DNA of 64,000 bases, taken from the NCBI GenBank assembly GCA_030704615.1, contig CM060731.1:76570001-76634000 (forward strand), given 5' to 3'. Positions 25,658 to 39,400 of the stretch are shown one piece after another. Both the position numbers and the translations under genes were made by a program. The DNA is from Takakia lepidozioides (lineage: Eukaryota; Plantae; Bryophyta). Every line of letters starts with the position of its first letter. The first letter of the stretch is position 1. The notes below the pieces were generated by a model, which was not told the origin of the DNA, made no database searches, and saw only the letters and a list, made by a program, of their open reading frames with translations.

Positions 25658-28600
25658 TCAAATCTTGGACTTATCAGCAGTCATTTTACTCAGGGCCACT
25701 GCAGTTTTTGACCCAGTTGGACGGCCAAGATGCTGACATATGAAGTCACCTGCAGCTAGGACTTGGCTTAGGTCGACATTCGACTGAATGCCAAGACCAT
25801 TAAGCAAGTACACCACGTCCTCTGTTGCAACATTTCCAGAGGCACCCTTTGCATAGGGACAGCCACCCAGGCCGGCCACTGAGGAGTCCACCACACTTAC
25901 ACCCATCTGTTACCCCAACCCCAAATTGAAAGCATCCAATGATTTTAGTTCAACTTAGTACATCTCCATGTTGCTTCCAGCTGCTTGCAACCCACCATTT
26001 CTCACATCTGCTCTGCTTTTGGGGGAAGGGAAGTACTTTACTCACGTAAATAGTGTTGTAGAGAGAACATAATGTAACAGAATTTCCCTTTAACACATAC
26101 AACAGCTTGGCAACCATACCTGCAGAGATAGAAGAATGTTGACCAAGGCCTGGCCATACGTGTCATGTAAATGCACAGCCAAATGCTCCACTGGCACCAC
26201 AGCCATCACCGCCTCCAGCATTGGTGCCACTGTCCCTGCAAATTGACGTATACCATGTCAAGAGTCTAAGAACATTTAAAGAGAACTGTACTCAGTGAGG
26301 GGACTTCAATTTGCACCTAAAACCAAACTTGGACTCAAAGTGAAGAGCCCAGCATCTATGAGAACCCTCTTCGGCAGACAATAACGTTTAACATATGAAG
26401 GAGACAACCTACAACCTACCAGGGGTTCCTACACCAATCGTGTCGCCAAGTGAGATCTCATAACAGCCCATTTGGAAAAGCTCCTTTGCCACGTGTGCTA
26501 CCTTGGCTGGTGAAATAGCGCCTTCAATTGGGCAACCCACCACACATGAGACATACCTGCTCAATCGCACAGTACCACAAGACCCAGTCATTTCTCCATT
26601 CCAGCCCCAAAGTAGGCATCTGCTTTTAGACACACTCACATCCAATAGGGGATAACTGAAGAGCATGTTACAGTCCTTGCTCTACCTTTAGATTGCAAGA
26701 GGATAACATACACTTGTATATGCATAAATGCTATACATCTTCTCAATACCCAAATGACGAAGTAGAACAGAGAAATTGCGTAGCGCACCCTCTTACGGGG
26801 ATGTTGTACTGCTTGGCTGCCTTACACACTTGACTGTAGCGAACCAAGCTTTCTTCGATGGTGCAGTTGATGTTTGCTTTTGTGAATGACTCAGAAGCGG
26901 CTGCAAAAATTGCTATCTCCATCGCCCCAGCTGCCATTGCTGCCTCGAATCCCTGAAATTCAGGACAAGTTCAGAAGGAACCCCCTTTCAACACTCTCTT
27001 GGCAACTAAATTAAAAGATTGGATGCAACGTTTGCCAACAAAAGGACAATTCCCATGGCCATATCTCTCAACAATCACTGAACTCCAACATCAGTCAGAA
27101 TAACACACAATTCAGAAAGCCTGAAGTTAACCAGATGAGAAAACTGCCACTAACCCTTCATTCCAACTTGAGTACAGTGACAAAGAGTGAACCATGGCAA
27201 CCAATTTATTGCCCACTTTCCAATACCAGACACCATGAGTGTGTGAACAGGATCGTTTACCTTGAGATTGGGTATCAAAACTGGGAACCGGCCATTGCTC
27301 ATATTTCTGACGGAAGCCATTACGTCGTGTGCATCAGCCAGCTGCAATGAAAAAGTGTCGTCCATTCATTTCAATCCTTGCGAGACGATACACACTAAAG
27401 AAGTTTGCGCTTGAACTTGTTGCCACCCAGGTCCCCCATATATTTGGATCAGAAAACATTTGTACTTGTTGTTTTCATCACATGACTCTAATCATTGTAG
27501 TCTCTCCCATTGCACATGGAAAGAACCTTGATGAAGCAGTTACCTGAGGAACCCATTTTGGAGACACAAAGCTGGTGGCTTCGACAACAGGTAATCCAGA
27601 AGCAGCGAGCCGGTTAATAAGCTCTACTTTGACAGAGGTGGGCACAGTCTTTTTCTCGTTCTGCAGGCCATCACGGGGTCCCACTTCTACGACCTTCACG
27701 TAGTTTGGAATCCCAGACAGCAGCTGCAAGCAATCCATCAGCCAATGATTCATGTCAGAATACTTCGTCAAAAGATCTCAGTAACCCAATTATGTAGAGC
27801 ACAACTGGTTTCACATTCCGCTCCTAATCCATTTGCAGTAAAAGTCTCAGACAGGGACATATGTGGCTATTGCACAAACCCAAATAGACTTGGGTCTGGA
27901 GAGGTAGTGTGCACCGCATACATCCTTCATAAAAACTATGATTAAGGTCTCCCTACATCATAGGAAATCATCACCATAAAACCTCAAGCCAACTGAGATT
28001 GAACCTATTTTTAGCTCATAGAAAGGTGCACTTTTTCCAAACTAAACTCTTCAAAATCTTTGATCTCCTTTGGGAACATACCTAACACAACGACCAGATA
28101 GTATGTATCCAAGGGGTATAAATGGAAGTGTCCCACAATTGAAAAATTTCAACACTAGATAAAGCTGCAAGCATGAACAACGAAGACATGACCAATGCAT
28201 CTGTGTGTTATGCTCAGTACGGTATATCCTATCAGAGCCAACACCACAATCGGCACCTTAAGAATTCCCTACATCGCAAAACCCAATTATCAACACAAGA
28301 AGACAGAACCCATCACCTTAGGTTTGAACCGTTTTAAGCCAAGGTCTGTGCTACCACTTTCACAATTTCTCTGTGAAGATGACCAAAAAGCCCGATCTCC
28401 GCTTGCCAGGTTGTGATGACGCTTCCCACCTTTCCTCGGGGGCCTTCCATGCAATGATGCTGGTTTCACAGGTTCTGTCCCTGTATAGCTCCTTAGTAGC
28501 GCCAATCTTGCAGCCCTGTCCGCACTGCAGCAGTCATGAAGATAAGTTCAGATACACTTGGGATTAAAAACAAGTCTTATTGTTACTCTCCTCTCTATCC

Positions 28601-29200
28601 CACTTGTGCTCAGGCCATAGTTGCCTAGATGGGTATGTGCAAAAGAATGCCAAAAAGGTATGGAATCTAAGAGGTTGCACAGAGTGTCCAAGTTACAAAC
28701 TCTACTGAATGTAGAAACAGAATGATTGCTCAACAGACCCAAAAACATACCAAAGTGAAAGATGAGGACAATGAAACACATTGACTATTCCCTGCAATGC
28801 TCCCATTACCCAACTTAGGCCAAAGAAAAGAAGAAATTGAGTGTCTCCATAACATAACTCAGCTATGCTAAGATGTTTAGTGAAGCAAGAAAGAAATTGC
28901 AACATCCATCTAAGGGCCCATGGGACCCAGTAGTAACATAAGATGGAGAGAGGGGGAGAGACAGAAAGAACATAACATTCCTAGTAACTTTCACAACCAG
29001 TCTGCAGGAGTTACAACTTGCACGGCCAACCTGTAATCAAAATTGGGTTTGTCAGCCCCTTGTGGCTCCCTCTCTTCCACGGAAGTAGGGCAGCATGCCT
29101 CTCCATACTCTCTGGGCCTTTTCCAGAAGAGACCAAATCCTGATGATTCAGCATTGGGGGGCAACAGATCCCGCTCCAAAAGACCTCCAACACTTGCCAT
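25658..29200 (-). CDS. HMGCL: Hydroxymethylglutaryl-CoA lyase
   Basis: Exons encode [102 protein letters not shown]. The start (MASVGG, 29200) is uncertain; 5' UTR exons may extend to ~30960. Confidence 0.92.
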
Positions 29201-31673
29201 TCTCCAAAGAGTTGGATGATGGGCTGCTCTCCAAGGGGATTGGAGTAAGTTAGGCCTCACCAACTGGAACAGCGTTGCCCCCACTTTTTTTCCCACCTGC
29301 ATTAATCTTCTTATTTCAATACTGCTGAGCATGCAAGTCCTGTTGAATGAACAATAGAATCTGTCATGACATGCTTGGAAGTTTCTTGTGGTTGCAGAAC
29401 TCCTGCATGGTACAGATCTAGAGGGGGACATAGGACTTACCTTGAAATAAACAATTAGTAAAAGACCTTTAGAGAATGTACTCATAAGACGTTGTTTGCC
29501 GTAGCCTTGTGGCCATTGACCCCGCGTTCAGTTTGAGCGGAACACAAAGGGACAGAAACTACCTTTGTCAGGGGCTGACACCAGTAGTATGACTTACCTT
29601 GGAACAGACAATTGATCCAAGTTTTCCAGATATCCTCTAGAAATCCCTTTACAGAAGCATCAATCTGATGTGTGTGGTTTGCCCAAAAGACCTTTAGAGA
29701 ATGTACTCAAAAGACGTTGTTTGCCGTAGCCTTGTGGCCATTGACCTTTAGAGAGGGTGAGAGAGAAAAGCTGCATCCAATCACAGCAATGAAAATTGAA
29801 CAAAGTCCGCACGCCTTCAAGTAAGGTAGTCAAGCAAATTTAATGTTATGAGAGCCCTCCTTGCCACAAAGTTTTGGTGTGTACATCCAGTGGTGGTGCT
29901 ATTTAGTGCTGATGAAGGCCCAAATGTAGGGCTGTATACTGAAGAAAAGGTGACCATCTAAGGGAATCAAGCTAAATTTACAGGGTATTGAAAGAACCAT
30001 AGTCAGGAACTGGCCTTCCAATACAGAGAAATGGAAGAGGAATCTTACATAGATCCGATTTCGAAGCATTAGCCTTGGGCAAATCCAACGGAGCCCATAA
30101 CTGATTTTCTTACAGAGGTATAACTTAGACTCATCATAAAAATTCTTTAATTGTGCAGGGCAGAAGGTCGACACGCATACTCTCTCCCTCTCTATCTATA
30201 ACACAAATCCACTTTTTTCACTATCTAACTGGGACATTGGCCGCATCACATTTTGGATCAAAACCAAACACCTTATAACTGGCTAACGATTCCAATCAAA
30301 CTGATGACAAACACAACCTTGCGCTTGGAAGTTACTCCACACTTCGCAACCCTTCTGACTCTGTAAGCTCTCTTAGAAAACCTAGAATGCCTCTCAAGTA
30401 CACAAGCATCTTTGAAGCACAAAATTGTTAGGTCAATTAGACTTAAGAGTAACCTCACAGTAACGTTTTCACCTACTTCGTCCGCAAGGCTTGATAACCT
30501 TGCTAGATTCCAATAGGACTACTCAAGATCTTCCCCACAGATGCCAGAAATGTCTCTACAGAACGCCGTTTCCAAATCTAAAACTAGTATCAAGATACAT
30601 ACTAAATCTCTGCCACCTTACATGCATCAGATTGTGGTGAGGGTTTCTTGGATTCTGCAGCAGAAAACTCCTTCCTCCAGGCCGTTCTCACTCCGAAACT
30701 TTCTTGTCAAAAAAATCACAAGGGCTCAGCTACAACAAGCATGGTCCAAAGACGCATGCCTGGTAGGTCTCTGCCTGGGAACAGTGATCTCCCTGGGTCA
30801 GCCAGAAGAACAGGGAGAGCCCAAGTCAGAGGAGAAGAGAAGTCACCCACGTACGCCTCCTCTGGGTAACCCCGTTGACGGGGTCTCGGAGTAACCGCGT
30901 AGCGCCCGCGCAGCTCAGGACAGCGACCGCGGACGGCAACACGCGGCGATCTCTGCCTTCTCCATCGCGGCTTTGCTATGTCGTTTCGTTCTCTTTCTGC
31001 AAATTAATTAGCTGAATGCTGAGCAAGAGTTAAAAGTAAGCCTGAGTAAGGCTGAGGAGGTGATTGCTGAGCAACAGTAAGGCTGTACTCTTCACATGTA
31101 GCTGATCTATGGGAGCTCTCACGTAAGCTGCAGCTAGCATTCCGCAGGCTCGATCTAGCTGAGCTGAATTACGCGCACCTAGTGTATTACCGAAATGCAT
31201 GCTATCCTCTCTTCTTCAACCGAATAGTAGAACAAATCTATAAGTACTCGTAGATGTCACCTCCCATCCTCAACGAGCTTAGTGCTTCGGTTCATGTCCA
31301 GACTGTGGAAGTCCTAGGTAAATCCAGCACTCTGTGCAGAAATTAAAGTGATTTAGTATCCTTAGGATTCGCCTTAGGACCGGGTATATCTCATGTAAGT
31401 TGTTTCCAGACACCGGATCCAGTTGTCATGAGCACTTGTTTATGTAAGCTGTCGACAAGCTTTGCATGGCATATATCTAGCCAGGGGGACAGTGGCCCTT
31501 CTAATCAAATTAATGAATAAAGCAAGAGTCACAACTGGTGGAAAAAATAACCACCATGGGGCCCCGCGAAGGCTTACTGGGGGGGAACATCCCCATTGAG
31601 CATACTAGCAACAAGACCTGTGCATAGTACTGACCAGCAACTTGGAAGACTGGCCAGAAAGTCGAAGCATAGG

Positions 31674-32072
31674 GGAAGTCCCCCCCTCGGAGGGCTTACC
31701 GCGGTGCTGTGTTCTTAAATCTGGCGAAGAATTGCCAGATTTGCCAAATTTGCCAGATTGCCGACCTCGAAAATGGGTCAGCTAGGAATTGTTGGAGTAA
31801 AAATAAAGAAGATTGCCAAAGAGCGCCAAATTTGGTTAAACATCAGGAGCCAGATTTTTCGTACGAGGACCTGGTAAATGTGAAACCTGTAATAGAGCCA
31901 CTTTCCTACCTGTCACCTCGTCACTCTCGCCACACGGGCACTGGGTAGAATTTACATGTGGCCCTTGTGGCGATTTTGGAAAAGTGGAAATAAAATCGCC
32001 GTGGAGGGGAGTAAGTCCGAGGGCGTAGCCCTAGGCAGTACGGCCAAGTAGCCCAATGGGGGGGGGACTTCC
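31674..32072. repeat. ~400-bp segment bounded by inverted repeats (possible MITE remnant)
   Basis: GGAAGTCCCCCCC at 31674 and GGGGGGGACTTCC ending 32072, with internal TTGCCA repeats. No TSD found. Confidence 0.35.
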
Positions 32073-33014
32073 ACGCGTAAAGACAGAGGGCTCTTTCCCG
32101 CGGTGGATGGTTGAGATCTCTTGAAGATATTGGTGGATGGCTCAGATCCCTAGGAATAAAATAAAAGAAATGAATTTAGAAAAGAAAGGATGACAGGGCG
32201 TAAGATCCCCAGCCCTCACGTTTCTACCTTTCCGTTCAAATGACTTAAATTTTAACAATCACCGTAAGTTTATGCTACTTTTACGTTCCTCTCATCGGTG
32301 TCATGTCTCAACCTTTCCATTCAAATGAATTTAACGATCACCATAAGTTTATGCTACTTCCAAGAGACCACATTCCACTTGTTTCTTTCTGCACTTGAGC
32401 AGATAACGCCCAGTGGTTGGGTATTTGTACTTTGCAGAACTTAGGTGATCGTGGCTTCAATCCTTCAGCATGTGCCAACCGTCCACTGGCCCCTCGATGG
32501 GATGTGTGTTGAGCATTAGACTGTAAATTCACTGGATGTTAAGCAAATTTTACCTTTATCTTTCTTTTTGCACGTTAAACGAACTTTATTCTTACTTTAC
32601 TTTCTTATGTCACATCTTTTTTCACCGATTAATTTGTGAATTTTCCCTCACATTGGTATTCCAGCTCTTATCATTAAAACAAAAATCAGGATCATAAGAT
32701 CTCATTTGTGGAATGAGTTTTGATAAAATAGAATAACTTATATGCTAACACTATTTTAATTAATTCTGGACTTTTGGCTTAAATCCGGACTAAACTTAAT
32801 ATATATTTGCATTAAAATTAATTGAAATATTAATAATATCATGGCGTAATGTGTGATTGAACTTTGTGAAATTACAGGTGATGTCATACTTGTTTCAAAA
32901 TGTGTCATATAAGAGGTCCATTTGACATTGAAGTGCTCAATGTGAAGTAGCAGTATTGAACAATTCATTGAACGTCCATGTCGTGCGCATACGTATCGCT
33001 ACACAACTACATCG

Positions 33015-33728
33015 TTGTCCAAACCACAAGTTTGGAAGTCGAATAAAGTAATATTCCATCAACCAGAAGCCAAGAACCACAAGTTCTGGTTCTGCGCAGA
33101 CGATTGTGGTAGATGTGTGCATGGAACTGTGCGTCCTTCCGTGGTGATGAAGCCAGCTCCTCCAACCGTTTGGCCCGTCAAAGTGGGAACACATCTCACA
33201 AGTCAGGAGATTGCAATGCTGGAGGAGGCAGGCTTTTCCCTTGCGAGACAACCCCAACTGCATGCATGTGCTTCTACTTCTGCGTCCTCTCGGGTCCCTC
33301 CGGCAAATCCTCACTTGTGGCCAACCAAACGAGATGGAAAGCTAGTTCGGCGTTTCCCTCCAACCGCTGAACACTTCGGCAAAGTTGAGTCCGCAAAAAT
33401 GCTCCAAGCTCGTGTTGCAAGCACCACGGAAGTGCCCGATCCAAGATATGGTCGGGTGTACACAATGATCACTTCGACATCTGTTGTTCATGACAGGGCC
33501 TACGACATCACGGTTTCCAATTTCCCCAATTGCACATGTCCTGATTTTGTGAATATGCTATCAATCAGTTTGGGCAAGAGAGGTAAATTCATACCCTGCA
33601 AACATTTGTATTTCATATTTTTTAAGAAGATGATTTGCGATCCCAAACGTGACAACTTCGTTCACCAGACCACTCTGAGTTTCAACGAGGTCGATACTCT
33701 ATTGCAGCGGGATACAACACATAGGTAG
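33015..33728 (+). pseudogene. SWIM zinc-finger C-terminal fragment of a MULE-like transposase
   Basis: YDITVSNFPNCTCPDF...FIPCKHLYFIF is a SWIM motif (CxC-xn-CxH). No N-terminal part is present. Followed by a MULE-type end at ~34190-34375. Confidence 0.75.
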
Positions 33729-34189
33729 CATCAACTATGCAATGTGGTATGTGGACGACCATGCTATGAAATGTGCAATTTGCAACATTGTCATGGAAAT
33801 TCAATTCAAATCAATTCGTTTGCAACATTGTCGGCGGTGCAATGATATGGCGTCCCTTATCCCTCTGGACATTATGCTTCCAACTATACTAAGTGAGCTC
33901 TGAGTGGCAACTTTTAAAAGCACATGCATTATTGCACTTTTCGAAGTCTACATGTTTTCCTGTCGCTATGCACTGCAATCATCTTTTGAATATGATCCTA
34001 ACTCTCATTGTTACTTGGGGAGGGAGCAAGGTCTTTCCATGGCAGCCTCTATGGCGCACACTTGTGAGGATATTTTCTCATCCTTGTAATTGTAAAAGTG
34101 AAACAAACATTTGTAATTGCACAATGTTGGATGCTACAATTGTAGGCCTCATGGTAGTCTTGGTTGTATTCAGCCAAGGATTCCCTGCA

Positions 34190-34375
34190 TGAATCCCACG
34201 GTCATATGACCATCCTCGGTTATAGGCGGCGCATGTTTATGCTGATGTGGCAGATGACGTGGCAGTGCCACGTCAGCATTTGTCACCATATCAGCCTGCT
34301 GACATCACGCCACGTCAGCTGGCGTGAGCGTACGCTCGTTCGCTCACGCGCAAGGCTCACGCCATTGCGTCGTTG
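34190..34375. repeat. MULE-family terminal region
   Basis: Shares TCGGTTATAGGC, GCTGA(C/T)GTGGC and GTGAGC/GCTCAC clusters with the ends at ~4230-4313 and ~53830-53964. Confidence 0.55.
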
Positions 34376-35712
34376 ATTCCAAAGCTGTTTTAATTAGTTT
34401 AAATTGATTAAAGCTGTTTAGGTGTTTCAATTCATTGTTGCTTCTTTTCTGGTGGTATATAAAGGTGGTTGGTATGGGTGGTTTGTGGTCCTGGTTTAAT
34501 GGTGCTGCTGGATTATTAGGGTTATGGCTGGTTATGAGCATGGTTTTGTGTGATTGATTTTTCAAAATTCCGATATTTGAAAACGGGTTTTTCTTCGGGC
34601 CTAGGCTACTCTAGTAGACTAGTCTCCGTAAACCACTAGACGTCTAATAGACCTCCATAAACTCCGGCAGGACAAACCACACGAACCTCGCCTGCCCAGT
34701 GTAGGTTCCTGCGTGTTACTATGCCAAGGCACAACATAAGGATGTATTGAGATAGACTTATGTCGGTGCCTCCCCTGCGTTGATTTTTTGTTCTGTCAGT
34801 ATAAAAGGAAGGTGCATAGGAGTGCACACAATGGCCAAAGATGGTTCTGAGACTATCGTCGACATCTGTAAGAGGCCAAGGAGACAGAATCCAGTAAACA
34901 TCAACGAAGCAGAAAACCAAGACGCATTACTGGTTTTGTCGAAAACAAAAACCTTCAAGAAGAGATCTGAGAATTAAATTTCAGATGTGGGCTATGACGT
35001 GCGAACTTTCAAAATTCCGGGCACTGACTAATCAATGTTCGAGGGAGTTATTCGACGGGAGACAACGGAGAAAATCGAGGAAGAGAAATGTGAAAGTGAT
35101 GACTGCAATCTTCAGTCTGATTCAGATAATCACATTTCTGTAGGAGATAGTGAATTGTCCCTGGGATCCGTCCTTCCGTCCTCTCCCGGATACAGTCCTG
35201 ACTTTCCGCAGTATCCAGTATCTGTCCTTGTTCTCCAGAATATGTCGCCACTGAATCTCCAGAATACGTCCTTGCAGATTCTCCTCAGTACATCCTTGAA
35301 GATTCTCCAGAATACATCTCTGGAGATTCTCCGACATATACCCCTAGAGAGTACTCCCCTGAAACCCTCAGGATGATTCGAGAGAGCCTCTTGTAGTTAT
35401 TGTAGATATAAGAAAATGAAGGGATGAACCTCATCTTACAAGAATATATCGAGTTCTTGTAGATATTAGGTATTCGTTATTCGAACAATTTTGAGACCGC
35501 ATGATGTATGGAATGGCGAGACGAGCCTTCTTTGAATAAATGTTTTTTTCTTCTTATGAGTGAAATATTTTTTTCCTCCTGAATTGAATTCTTTTATCTG
35601 TCAGCTATGAGCGTGTGAAGTGGTGAACCTCCACTGGACAGTGGAGGTTAATGTCCTAGGAGTTTTGTATGGTTGTTATGATATGTGTCTGACGACAAAG
35701 GTGGTTTGTTCT

Positions 35713-38700
35713 ATGGACAACAACATCACCCCCAGGGATTGTATTGTTGGAATGTGCAAACCTATCTATGGTTCATTTGTTTCTCGAAAATCTCCGAATT
35801 TCAAGAATGATCATCTGGCAATTTTTGAGCTCAACCCGGAAATCACAGAATGGGGCATTGTCCCCGTTGGAACACCTCCGGACCATAAGTTCCGGTTCCA
35901 CTACAAGATTGGTGCAGAGATCGCCGAGCTCAAATATGCAGATGTGATCGACGTAGAGCTGGAGATGGAGGTGGAATTTCCGATGCTGGTAATTTTCATG
36001 ATGGAAGATGGTAGATTTCCCAGAATGTTTGGCTTCAAACTAGAGGTACGACTTCTAAGGAAGGCCATGATGAGAGAGTCCATTCAGGCGGGGTTCACAT
36101 ATTGCGACGAGGGTACTTAATTTACAGATGAAGGTTTCTGCATGGCTTGGGGTATATTCTTGGATGTGCTTTACTTAAAAGGTAAGGAGATTGCAAAGAT
36201 GCGGGAGGAGGAGGCTGCGAGAGTGCGGGCAAGGAAGGGAAAACGGAAATCCACTGACGCCGGTGGTGATGAGAATGAAGCCGGAACATCAGGGGGAAAG
36301 AAGAAACAAAAGGAGGAGATGGATCCCATTTACATGACAGATCACAAGAAACCCAAGGCTGCAGACATCTTCGACAAAAAGAAGTATGAGAAGATGCAGG
36401 AGAGGCTGGAGCAAGACTACAAGGACATGTTTCCTTTTGGGTTTGAGGCGACCCAGGACGTCAAAGTTTCCATGATGGAGCTTGCTCCCAGAGATATGGT
36501 GTACATGCCCATAAATGTTAAGCACAAAGACGAAGTCAAAGCGCGTCTTTACCAGCTCCAGGTGTTCGACTACAAACATCCAGTTTATTTGATTCCCGCA
36601 AACCCCGAGAAGCCTATGGAGGTTTCTAGTTCAAAACCTCAAAACTGGAAGGAGGTGGAAAAGTCCAGATTCTTTGTCAATGGTGGACAACACACGATCA
36701 TTGCTGCCAAGGTAAATTTCTCAATAAAATCCAATTTTTGTAACAATATGAACCTCCACTGGACAGTGGAGGTTCATGAACTTTAAACAACATGTTTGTT
36801 AGGTCGCTATCATATTTGACCTTATTCAATTCTGTCGCAGGAACTTGTACAAGACGTGGACGACGACAATCTTAAGAAGTACTACTCCGACTGGCCCTCA
36901 AAGATTATATGGTCAAAGGATCTGATGAGGCTCGTGAAGCTATCTAAGCTCCTAAACGACCCGAATAAGGCGTAAAAATTTGACACAACATTTCCCGAAA
37001 AAGTTGCACATGCCCAAAATTTCTTCGAGCTGAGGGGGAGGCCGAAAAAGTACAACGATCACACAACAAAGTCGGAGACTAGACAATGGAAGGTAAATGA
37101 TTCGTTGTGTTTTTTGTTTCTTTTGCTAGAGAACCAAAATATTTTCAAGCTCGGATTTAATGTGACGAACGGAGACCGCATTACGAAGCACCGCATCACG
37201 AAGCAGGAGACACTACAAAAGGAGCTTCAAAAGGGAAGGTGCTACAATGAACGAGCGGAATGGTTCAGCATTCAGAAATTCGACATGATGAGGTCTTTTG
37301 TAATGTGTCTTGTTTGGTAATGAGGTGTTGTCTAGCTCTTCTTTCCCAATCTATTTAAGTTCTCCACCTGGAACAGTTCCGCAAATGTGCCGCAAAAATA
37401 CTTGAAACATCATATGATTTTGAAAACATGATGTTGCGGAGAACGCTTCCAAAAAATTTCATGGTCATTGGGTTTTTCAAGGATTTTCTAGGCACACTAT
37501 TGGAACTATTCCTGGTGGAGAACATGAACAGATTGGACAAATTTGACTTGGAGGAGCACCGCATTCCGAAGCAAGAGACACTACAGAAAGAGCTTCAAAC
37601 TACAAGGCACAACAAGATGGATGGAAATGAATTGGCAATCGAATCATCATTTGGAGTATAGTATAATTGACATGATAGTTGTGACTTTTGTTTCATCTCA
37701 AAAATCAAATATCAAATATCGAATGAAATGTCTAATTTTGGCCCTGATCATTTTCGCGGGAATTTATGCAAGAATGTCAACTCATACTGGAGATGAGTAG
37801 CGTGAAGGAGGCCATGGTTCTAGTTCTTTGTGATGAAGACGTATGGAACCTGTGGGAAGAAGTGTTCAAACAGTAGGAACAAGGAAAGTTTATTGATATT
37901 TTCGGGATCCAGTGCAAGGGTGAATAGCTACCGCTGAATAAAACCGCTATCACGAAACTACAAGGACTTAATAGCAGGCAGTTGAAAAGAGTGGCGGAGA
38001 AAATCCTCAACAGAGACATTTGCATTCGGGGAACGAAATTCAAGGGCATGGACAAATCCAAAAATACAATGAGCGCGTATATTGACCAAATGAAATTGCG
38101 ACGGTTTATTATCGACGATGTAATGGAAGTCTCAGGGTGGCCTTGGAGGAGCAAATAGAACCCGGAACCGTACACCAAACAGGAGTGGCGTGATGTGAAA
38201 AAAAAATAAAAAAAAATCAACTTCAACAAAGCTGAGTTCGAAACTTTTCGAGATCGGCTCGGGAACGACTACATTGTAAGCAAACGGAAGATGAATATGG
38301 AGATGCAGCCAATGACTGCTGCCTTCAAAAAATATGTATTGTCGTGCAAGCAGACCTTTGAGGCTAACCAGAATGCCCTGACGATTCTACGTACGAGTTT
38401 CAGGTCCCATTACACACAGCTGGGGGGGAACCAAGAATTTGTTGATGCCAGATCACGGTTGGGACTTGCACCGAAGAAACGGTTCGACGACATATCGATG
38501 TTGTTCGTCAATACAGTTTGTGATGATGACTCTGTTGTCTTCGAGGCAAATGACTACTCCAATATCCTGGATGTTTTTGTGGCTCGGAAGCTCATGTCCA
38601 GTGTTTTTGTGTTTTTCTTGACACAAGAATCATCGGGAAATCTTGTGTCATACATCCGGAATGGCCCTGGATCAAAGTCGTTTATTATCCGACAGGGTTA

Positions 38701-39400
38701 TTAAATTCCCGACGAGTTTGAATCACCTTACAAGAGCTGCACGACTATATTCTCCCGGACGGTCCTCTGCCTCGACTACGTATTTTCGGCAATAGCTGAA
38801 GAGATGATGAATCCGAACTGTTTTGTTTACGCCGGACCCAATTAATCTCGTTATCCAAGGACCAGATGTACACCCGACCTCGCAGGAGAAGGAGTGTAGG
38901 ACTTACACTCATGAGCTGAGGACGGACACCTACTGCTTGTAAGTGGATTTTGCTTTGTTTTGGAATTGTCTATGTTTGCAGTTTGCCGGATTTAACTCTC
39001 CTAATTTTTCTACGTTGTCGGAATAGGGTGTTTAACCAGTGTCTGTTTTTTTCTATTGTTAATCTCCACTAGACAGTGGAGGTTCATGTTATTGGAGTTA
39101 TGGGTGTTTTGGGTGTTTGTTATTTGGGAGTTTGGTGTGTTTGCTAGTTGTCTCGAAAGAAAGCCTAACCTTTCAATCTTTCGATGGTTGCAGTTCGTCG
39201 GATTTATTTTGATTTCATTGTTTGGTTTCATTGCAGGAAAGAAATATTCGTGTGCTTGACATAAACTATGTAACGAAAAAGAAATTTTGTAGAAGCAAGG
39301 TGGAGGCTTATTTCAAGACGATTCAGATTGATAATCAGACTATCGCAGGAGACGGAGATGACGGAGACTCACTGCAGGATGACGAAGTAGAGTCATCCTT
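35713..39400 (+). pseudogene. ParB/Srx-like domain gene with a possible degenerate MTase-like C-terminus (transposon cargo)
   Basis: ORFs 35620-36120 and 36142-36711 are in frame across one stop. Motif FFVNGGQHTIIAAK; GT-AG intron 36712-36840; next exon to 37092; a long exon from ~37760 with several stops; last exon ERNIRVLD from ~39237. Confidence 0.6.

Noticed and set aside
32405-32465. tRNA or tRNA-derived SINE (A/B-box-like GCCCAGTGGTTGG...GGCTTCAATCC)
   Set aside because: No cloverleaf, tail or TSD could be supported.
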